This document shows, in pieces, positions 54,789-64,000 of a DNA stretch of 64,000 nt. The stretch spans positions 1,798,001-1,862,000 of the forward strand of contig CM074804.1 in NCBI GenBank assembly GCA_037447605.1, given 5' to 3'. A program made the position numbers and the translations under genes. Every line of letters starts with the position of its first letter. Position 1 is the stretch's first letter. The notes beneath the pieces are model-generated. The model was not told where the DNA came from, did no database searches, and saw nothing but the letters and a program-made list of their open reading frames with translations. This DNA is from Zygnema circumcarinatum SAG 698-1b (taxonomy: Eukaryota > Plantae > Zygnematophyceae).

Positions 54789-57050
54789 TCCTTGTCTGGA
54801 CCGTTAAGTTTAACTGAGACTAAAACTAGAATTGCAACTGCAACCAAAGCATGTGCATAGCTGCAATCCTGTAATGCGAGGCTCTCACCATCTCTTCCCA
54901 GCAGGGGGAGCACCAGGCCGCTTTCCTCCCTTCCCTTCTTTATTCTGCCTCCACTTTTATCAAAGCAGATAGGGAAATTTATCACTTCCTTTCTCTCTCT
55001 CCCTCTCTCTCTCTTTTTCTCTCTATCTACCCTGTATGCTTTTCCTCTTCTCCCCCGTGTCTCTCTCTCGGTCTCTCCCTTCCCCCCTCCCTCACTCCCC
55101 GCGCACTTCACTCTGCTCTCTCCTCCTTTGACAGACGCGAACTGCGGCCACCTACTGCAGTTCCATGTTGTCAACCGTTGAAACTGTACCTGGGAACGGG
55201 CTCACATGGAACAACAAACTTGCTCCAGAAAAGTCAGGGACACCCAGAAACCCTCAGAAAGCAGAAAGCCTCCCTGGAAATATATTCAGAAATTACAATC
55301 CATACTTTGCAAGTTCGTTGAGTATGAGAAAGTAGCATCAAACCTCTGCTTGCGATGTACTAATTATTAAATATTCGACCAATAACTGCAACGACTGCTC
55401 TCTATGGCCCCCTTCAGTTACCAGTTCGAACCTACTTAACTGCTGACAACATGGAAACCTGTTCCAAAAAAAAGGGTTTGCAAACTGAAAATTTTCCAAG
55501 TTTTTTGGGGACGAAAAGGAACGTTGGGTGCGGTCCCTTGCCCTCGGAGGCCGGTCCCGCGCACTGTCGGGCAGGCCCTGAAATTCCGGGCAGCGGCCAC
55601 CCGTACGGACGCGCCACCTTGAGGGTGCCGCCCGCCCGCAACCACTCCCTGGGGCCCTGACCGGGGCAGAAAAAAACAAGGGCGAGGTCGCGACAAGCGT
55701 GTGAGTCCCCATCCCCGTACCGCTCGAATCTGGCCACTCAGGGATTGCCACGTGTTCAAACTGCTGACGTTGTTGACGTGGTTGGTCTAGATTGGCTCCC
55801 TTGCGACAGCATGTCCAGGAGGGTTACGTCTGTACCGTACGAACTTTTGGAGTTTTCCGTCGGATGCCGTACAAACGTTGTCAAAAAGAGTTGACGAATG
55901 CCGTACGGTACGGCCGCCGTTACTAGAAAACCTGAAATGCAATTACATGCACGTGGGCTGCTTGCTGGTTTTGCTTCAGATCCAGTTCTGTGTGCGGCAA
56001 CAGCGAACTCTTCAGTCGCAGGCCAAGTCGAGTAACCGTTCGGACGTAGTCACATGTGAACTGTTTACCGTGAAAGAGCGTCGAACGGAGGGTCAGCACA
56101 TGTTCGAACGGCGCGCGATGTGAAGACTGCGGCGCATGTTCTAACGATCTATTATCGAATTTCCTCGTTCCTTGCTCCTTCGGCGCCAAGGGCAATCAAG
56201 ATAGGAGCCCCAAAACCCTAGAAACCCTAAAAACCCTAGAAACTACGAAACTACTAGGAGCAGAATTAGGTGCTTAAAATTCCAGTGCTCTGAAGGTCCG
56301 TACAATGAAGGGGTAGGGTTCTTTTTTGAACTGTACCACACCCGTGCCCGACCTTCTGACTCTCCCACTCCCTCTCCCTCTGCCTTTCCCCATGCCTCTC
56401 CCCGTTCTTCTCCCTCTCCTCCTCTCCCCTCTCTCCCTCCCTTCTCCCTGAACCGCTTCCTCACTCGTGACTACTCTTTCTCTCTCTCCTCTTGCTCGAC
56501 TTCCTTCTCCCATTCCTCTCCCACTCACTTTCCCTCTCCGTTCCTCTCTCTACGTATCCTGCCTCTCTCTTCCTCTCCGTCTCCCTCTTTCCCTCTCCCC
56601 TGTCCTCTCCTTCGACTCTCTCCCTCTTCTTCACTAGTGCAAAAACAAAGACACGCAGGTTGCCGTGCATAGAAGGCCTCTGGATTCACATAGACCTGCA
56701 GCCACTCCGTCTGAACCCTTCCCCCTGCTCCTCTCCCCTCTCTCCCTCCCTCCCTCCTTCCTGTCGCCATTTTGCCAGTCCAGCATCCCCTCCGGATGCA
56801 GCTCACTCACGCGACTTTCTCCCTCTCACGCTGCTCCTTGAAAGGTCCTCATCTACATAGCCACCACCTGAAATGAACCAAAATGCTTTTCTTGAACACA
56901 CGGGCAGTGCCGATGTACAGCTCCGGACCTTCACTCTCTCTTTCTTTCTGATCAGAGAGAGTGATGCCGTTCCCTGCAGAGGTCAGAGCCTCTCCTTTTC
57001 CAAAAGCAATCTTTCCTTTTCTCCCTCTTTCAGAAGGCTCTCCTCCCCTT

Positions 57051-59372
57051 CTACCTCCTCCGCTCGAGCCCTGCAGCTACCGGCCTCCTCTGCCTACTGC
57101 CTGCCCCCGTCCTCCCACCTCCTCCCTCTCTCCCTCCCTCTCTCCCTCCTCCCTCTCTCCCTCTCGAACCCGGCCTCAGCCTCCCCCCCCCTGAAAACAA
57201 ACTTCCTGGAGAGAGCGACCTATTCGCTGGAGGAAGCTGCGGAGATGCTCCTCTGTTCTCCTCCTCCTCTCTCTCGTTGAAAGCGAGCACTCTCCTCTTT
57301 ATATCCTGCTTCTCCTGAGCCTCCTGCTCCTCCTTCCGCCTTGAAGCTTGTGCAAGAGAGCTGTCTGCAGGTACAAATATCTGCCTAGCAACAGGTTTCT
57401 TGTCTCCTTTCTTCAATATGAGTCGCAATGCTACCTGCCGAGTACTGCCTACCACTCCCTCCTCTCCCATTCCATTACCTCCTTCGGGACTGGACGGCTC
57501 TCCCGCAGTGCCACGTGGCGTCTCCAAGAGTGTCATAGGGATAGACATATTGAGATTAGGGTTTGGTCTCTTTTCAAGCTTTCTTTCTGCAAGGCTCTCC
57601 TGCATGAGAGCTCGGAGCTCTTTTTCAAAGGAAGCTTCCTCTTCCGGATCGACTTCAACTGCTCTCTGTTGAGTCAACTTCACTTGATCGTCCTCAGCAC
57701 TTAGCGCGCCGGCTCCATCGTTCTCTCCCTCTCCCTCTCCCTCTCCCTCCTCCTCCTCCTCAGGCCCTCCCTCCCGCTCCTCTCCCTCCTTGTCCTCCTC
57801 CTGCTCTTCATCGTCATCGTGCCCTTCCACACTCCCGCCGCTCTCGTCGTCACTCCCACTATCTCCCTCCTCTCCCGCTGTTGTACCTTTCTGTACTGAA
57901 GCTTTATCTTCACTCAAATTGCCCCCCGCGGGCTGTTGTGAAGGCTCTACCACTTGTGAAGCAGCATTTCCTGCAGCAGGAGGAGGAACTTTTCCTTCTT
58001 GACTTTTTTGAATTTTTAGTGTTTCTGCATTCTGCTCCTCCTCTTCCACCTTAGCAATGGCTGCCTGAGCCTCTTCAAAGGTGCTAAATCGCACCATCTT
58101 TGGTCGAAGCTCTGCAAACAAATCCTGTTCTCCCACCTCCCCAGTTCATTTTTAGACAAGTCCACAACCCATATATGCAAATTAAATTTTGAACTCAAAC
58201 CCCTTACGATTTAACCATACTTCTAAACAATACCCGTTAATCAACCCCAAATTCAAGATGCTGGTTGAAGATACGTTTTGGGTTCAACATGTAAACTTTT
58301 ACCTGCAGATCAAACTCGATATCCAGTGGAACATTGGGTTTGGTCAGAACATAGCGTTGGAAGTGAAGGAGGAAACGGTCGAGTCGACGCTTTGACGATC
58401 CACGATCGAAAAATTGGCCACAAGTTTCGAGCAAAGTGATGATGAGTCGAATGCGAAAACAGTCGTCAAGAGGGTCCAGAATTTCTTGCTGCATACAGAA
58501 ATTAGCCCCCTAACTTTGTTACATATAAAAACATAAATTCAACGCCTCGAGAATGTCTACAAATACCTCATCGTTAGCCTTCTACCCACATTCCAAGCTT
58601 CTTGGTCCTCTGCAATCAGGATATTATGTATGTGAAATTTCCAGTACGGAGCAGAGCCTTGTTCGGATAAACCCAAGGCAAGTGTGAGAAGTACATATAA
58701 CTCACCTCCTCTGTCCCGTAGCCATAGTAGAGAATCAGATAGAGAGTGTCGAAAACAATGGGCGAGTCCACCAATCGATAGTTGTACAGCTCTCCCAAAA
58801 GACGCAAAATGGCAATTCGCCGCTGCTCGTTCCCGTACTCCGCACTCTCCAGCCCAGCCCGGACCTCCTCTAATACCTGCCAAATGAGCGAGGGAGGGAG
58901 GGAGGGAGGGAGGAACGAGGTAGAGGGAGTGATGAGAAGAGGTAGAGGATGGGGTAGAAAGGGAGAGAAAGAGAGAGAGAGGAGAAAGAGAAGCTCCTGG
59001 GGCTTGCCTGGTCCAGAGAGAGAAGAGAGTAGGGGAGAGAAAGAGAGGTTGAACGGGGGGAGGTGATAGAAAGGGGCTTTGTCTGATACAGCGAGATAAG
59101 AAGATGCCTGGTTCAGAAAGAGAAAGTAAGAAAGAGAGGATAGTGGAGAGGGGGGGAAGGTGAGTGAGTGGGGGCTTCTCTGGTTCAGAGAGATAAGAGT
59201 ATGCCTGGTCCAGAAAGAGAAAAGAAAGAGAGAGAGTGAGGGGTTGAAGGTGAGAGAGTGGCGGCTTTCCTAATTGAGAGAGATAAGAGTCTGCCCGGTC
59301 CAGAAAGGGAAAGGCCAAGGGGAGGGAGAGCGAGAGGATGTTGGGGAGGCGGAGGTGAGAGAAAGAGAGAGT

Positions 59373-59460
<88 letters not shown>

Positions 59461-61271
59461 CTTTGGCGCTCACCTGGTCCACTACCGCCACCGCGAAGGA
59501 GTCGTGGTAGCGGCTGAGGCCCGCCGCGAGCGAGGCGAGGAGGTGCACGTGCGCGTACCGCCCGCGGTGTGCGCGCATCACGCTGCGCAGGACGGTGGGC
59601 GCACACTCGCGCCAGGGGAGGCGCCGGAGCTGACGGAGGACCTTCTCTATGCTGTTCCGTTCCAGGTCCACATAGAGAAGCTTGCGGATGTACTGTTGTT
59701 CCAAGGCCCCATAACATCATCATCAAGATTGTTAGGACAGATCATCATTAACATGAAAATGAATTGTTAACAACATTATCACTAACATCATGATGAGCAA
59801 CTTAGTCATGATCGTCATTCTTCCCATTTCTGAGCCGCCTCTCTGCCTTCACTCTCAGCAAGAAGGTCAAGTGGGCCTACAGGAGATGCATGCATACATA
59901 GAGTCGTCAAATCGTGGGGTCATGCATGCATCCATGGTCAGACTTCATTGTTTCACTACGTTCTTTCCAACTGTACTAGTGACTTTAGGGTTTTAGAGTT
60001 TTTTCCAACCAGCATGAACTGGACATCCTCATCTAGACCACTACTTGACCATCACATAGAACAGCAAGTCGACTTTCAAGCTCACTCATCCCGGCATCTC
60101 TCCGTCTCCCTCTCCCTCTCCTCTCCCTCTCTCCCTCTCCCTCTCCTCTCTCCCTCTCCCTCTCCCTCTCCCTCTCCCTCTCCCTCTCCCTCTCCCTCTC
60201 CCTCTCCCTCTCCCTCTCCCTCTCCCTCCCTCCCTCTCCCTCTCCCTCTCCCTCTCCCTCCCTCTCCCTCTCCCTCTCCCTCTCCCTCTCCCTCTCCCTC
60301 TCCCTCTCCCTCTCCCACCTGATGCAGAGGAGGCCTGTCCTTCACAATCCTGGCTGACCGCTCCGGCGGGCGGCACTGAAAATACGCGTTGTCCACTAGC
60401 GTAGCTTGCCTTGCGTCCAAATTTTTTGCATTTTTTAGCCTCATCATAGTGTCCAGCATATTCCCCATTCTTACGGAAGTTTCCGGACTCCGCATAAGGA
60501 ACCTTCCGCATGTCTCCAATAAAGCACATGCGACATCGATGCTGTGATGACTAAAGTCATCCAGACATGCCTGCACATACCCATACCCATAAAACATCAT
60601 ACCATTACATCATTCAAGAGGCAATACTTTAGAACAAAAATCAGGACAAATGTTATTCATATTTTCACATAGAACTGAAGCAACAATGGTGGCTTGTTGC
60701 AGAACATACCTTAAGAATGCCGAAAATAAGACTCGACGAGGCAAGACGAAACTTGCAAAGCTCTCCAAGGAAGCGGATATTGCGTATCTTTGACTCGATG
60801 TTAATTTGGTCCTGTTCACATTATTTCCAAAAGCATGAAACGTTTGCATTACAACAGGCTCAAGCCTCCACCTCCTTCACTCAAACATCACTCATCAAAC
60901 TTTGAATTTACATCACCCCTTTGCCCGTACCCGCGGTTAAGAAACGTTCTCAGAATTTTAAGGGCTTTCGAATCCTCTTTGAGTATACCTTGCGAGCCAT
61001 GAGAGAGAAAAATTCTTCTTCCAATTGCTGTATAAGAGCAGGAGGAATATCCTTCATACAAGCTCCAAGTGTGGCAACTATTCGTGCATAATAAGGAAGG
61101 AGCTCCAACATGGTTCGAGGAGCTGCAAAAAGAGCCCTTAGAAGCTTCCGTCTGCTGCTTTTCGAGTTCAAATAGCAAAAATCAACCTGCTCCCAATACA
61201 ACAAATGTCATAGTACATCTCAGATTCTTGAAGCTTTCCAAAGGGAGGGGGGGAGGGAGAGGGGGAGTGGC

Positions 61272-61303
<32 letters not shown>

Positions 61304-62228
61304 CACACCGAAAATTGATCCGCCAAGTCTCTGCTAACGCACAGAGTGAGTCGCTGAAGCAAAGTTTCCAGAGAGGCAGCCTCCGCTCCCTTCCCTTTCT
61401 CTTCAACTCCTTTTTCCGTTTCCTTCTCCTTCTCTTCCTCAGCAGCTTCCTCTCCCTCTCCCTTCGCCCCTCCCTCAGTGCCTGACCCTGCACCTTTCTG
61501 TGTTCCCTGTTCCGTTCCCGGTTCCTGCATAGAATTATCAGTCTCAGTCAAGACAGAATACAGTCTGCTCCAACACATTTATAGGGCTTCTGACAGGCCA
61601 TGCATTTACTTAGAATGAGTTTAATGATTTCCAGGTTGCTTCAAAAAAATGAAATTTATTGGTCCTTGGAGCTCCTCAAAATCAAGATACAAACCTCTTT
61701 TCCTTTCTGATGGTCGGTCCCTTTGGCCGGTTCCGGCTCTCCCAACAACACTGCAGGCACAAACGCCCTACTCCCCTCTCCCACCCCCCTCTCAGTCCCA
61801 CCTTCCCCCCCGCTCTCTCTCTCTCACACACACACACAGCTCCGTCCTTTAATCCCCACATACACCATACATACTGCCCAAACTCACGAGACACCATAAA
61901 TCATGCTATAAAATCCGAGCAAAAGCTGAACATATCCCCCATATCCTAACCCTAATTCCGGCGTTTTTCCACCTTCCCAACCATAAGGAGACCGACCCCA
62001 TCTTTCACGACCTCAAGTCGGGAAGACTCTCGTAGAAGGCTCTCGTATCCTCGTCGTCCCATAAGGGGTCGCCAGGTGGCACTTCGCGTGTGCCCGTAAC
62101 CCCTCCGCCCCCCTCCGCCCCTCCGCTCATGCGAGTGAGATGGTCATCTTCCGGCATTTCAGGGGGCTCTTTATCCAAGGCTTCCGCTAGTCTGCAGAAG
62201 GAGGAAGGAGGGACAGTGAGAGGGGGAA

Positions 62229-62284
<56 letters not shown>

Positions 62285-63858
62285 GGGGAGAGAGAGAGTG
62301 AGCGAGTCGAGTGCTTTTACTAATCTGCAAGATACTTAGAGAACAACAGTCAGAGAGGGAGGGGAAGGAGAGGGGGGGAGAGAGGAGATAACGAGAGAGA
62401 GATGGAAAAAACAGCGGAGTGCAGGATCATCATAAGTATTTGGAAAGTTGGTTTCTAGGGCTAGGAGCTTCCGCTAATCTGCAAAAGGAGAGCGGAAGGA
62501 CAATGACGGAGGGGAGAAGAAGAGGAGAGAAAGATAGAGAGACACGAGACCTTCAGCTAATCTGCAACATCCATAAGGAACATCAGGCCGAGAGGGATTA
62601 CGCGAGGAGAGTGAAGGAGAGAGCGAGCTAGAGGCCGAGAGAGAGAGAGAGAGAGAGAGCACAGAGGGAAGCGAACATACGAGGTGACAGAGCGGAGCAG
62701 CTGATCGTACGACTTTCGAAGTCGCTCATAAGCGGAAGAGACCTCCTCCGCCAACTCCCCTCTCACAGCGAGCAGTCTCGCGATGGTTCGGTCCTGATCG
62801 ACCAACGCCTGCACATGGCCCGTAATAGAACTCTTCTCGGCTCAGGAAAGAAACAAGAGAACGATTATTGGCAAGCAAAGAACTGAAGGTTTCAGAATTC
62901 AGAATTTTTTATGTGGGATTTGCGGGTTATGTAGGATTGTCCAACTTAGGAAAGCTAGCCTATTCTAGTCGCATAGGCTTAAGCAAGCAAACAATACACC
63001 CTGAGGGATTTAGAAGTTTGAAGAGTTAAAGAGAAGGGCCGCACCTCATGCTCTGAATGCAGTAAGGCCACTGAAGCATCATAAAACGCAGTCACTATTT
63101 TCATCAGTTGCCGTTTTTGTTCCGTCGTAATGCTCAGATCTGCATACACCTGCACCCTCGAAATGCATACACACACAACTCAAATCTGCAAACTATTTAT
63201 CACACGGTAAAACTGTAGGATATGTTTTTCTATTCTGAAAAGATTCTGTTACTTTTGATATATCCGTGACGAACCCAAAACAAAATAAAAAAAAACGAAT
63301 TTGATATGTTCTCCTAAACTTCAAATTTTTTTTCGCTGTTCCAGACCGTGGATCGTTACAGAACTTCATTTCTAAACTTCCCCAGAACATTCTTCAAAAC
63401 CTTCCAAAACCTTCCAAAACCTTCAAAACATTTCTTAAAACCCAACAAGTCCAAGGTTTGCTCTCTCCCACCTCTGCATCTGCTGCAGTGACTGGCAGCC
63501 CCAGCATTGGCCTCCCATATCTCACAAAAGTGAGCACAAGGGTAATGCTCGCATGCGCCGCCTCTCTGTCCTTCTTACTCAGCTGCTCCGCATTGCCCAC
63601 CTCCTTCACCACTCCCACTACCACTCCCGCATCTTCAAATACTCCGCAGAGGTACAATTCGCAGAGTAGACGGAGGGTGCTTCTTTTGCGCATAGCACGC
63701 GCTGTGGTGCTGCCACCTGTCCCTCCGTCTAACAGGTCTTCTGCAGCTGCGAGGGAGGCAGCAGCTTTTCCAGAGGGAGGGGGGGCGAAGGCTTTGGCAA
63801 GGCTAGCAGTGAGGGAGGGGCCGAAGTCGCGGTAGCGCTGGTGGAGGAGAGAGCAGAT
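57051..63858 (-). CDS. UPF2: Regulator of nonsense transcripts UPF2 (partial; 5' exons lie beyond the window end)
   Basis: MIF4G motifs [111 protein letters not shown], followed by an acidic region and Upf2 C-terminal region. The exact C-terminus is ambiguous. Confidence 0.95.
59000..59315 (+). repeat. About 90-bp degenerate tandem repeat in a UPF2 intron
   Basis: gagataagagtatgcctggtccagaaagaga-like core recurs at about 59005, 59092, 59190 and 59278. Confidence 0.7.
60105..60316 (+). repeat. (CTCTCC)n hexamer microsatellite in a UPF2 intron
   Basis: Near-perfect hexamer run directly after the donor. It produces the spurious EGEGEG ORF extension. Confidence 0.95.
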
Positions 63859-64000
63859 CTGGAGGACAGAGAGGGAGAGATAGGGAGGGAGAGGGGAGGG
63901 GAGTAAGGAAGGGAGCTAAAAGGGAAGGCAGGAAGGGAGAGGAGGGAGAAGGGAGAGAGGGGCCAGAGTGACAGTATCGGTTGTGGAGTGGGGAAATTCT

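Overview
Eukaryotic, intron-rich nuclear DNA with abundant (GA/CT)n microsatellites and one 10-N gap. It is most likely a streptophyte green alga (inference: it combines plant-type nuclear plastid genes and plant-type one-LRR-per-exon repeats with GLG1, which land plants are generally reported to lack). Splicing by hand gives nine genes: accA/CAC3 (+), plastid RPL3 (+), zeaxanthin epoxidase (-), an intron-containing LarE-like PP-loop sulfur insertase with a CxxC...C motif (-), a stand-alone version of the C-terminal domain of At5g08720-like proteins (+), an mARC/MOSC protein (+), a large secreted modular protein (+), GLG1 (-) and UPF2 (-, 5' end outside the window). The standout is the modular gene at 32490-44110, which the ORF track mostly misses. 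It reads signal peptide, hevein/CBM18 (plus a second hevein exon carrying a TAA), extensin-like (PPRPPPSPL)19, LRRNT plus about 8 LRRs, EGF, papain-type C1A protease with an intact triad, two EGFs and 3-4 LysM domains, in one frame of about 1357 aa. It looks like a chitin-targeted secreted protease built by phase-1 exon shuffling. All gene models are manual and untested against transcripts or databases.
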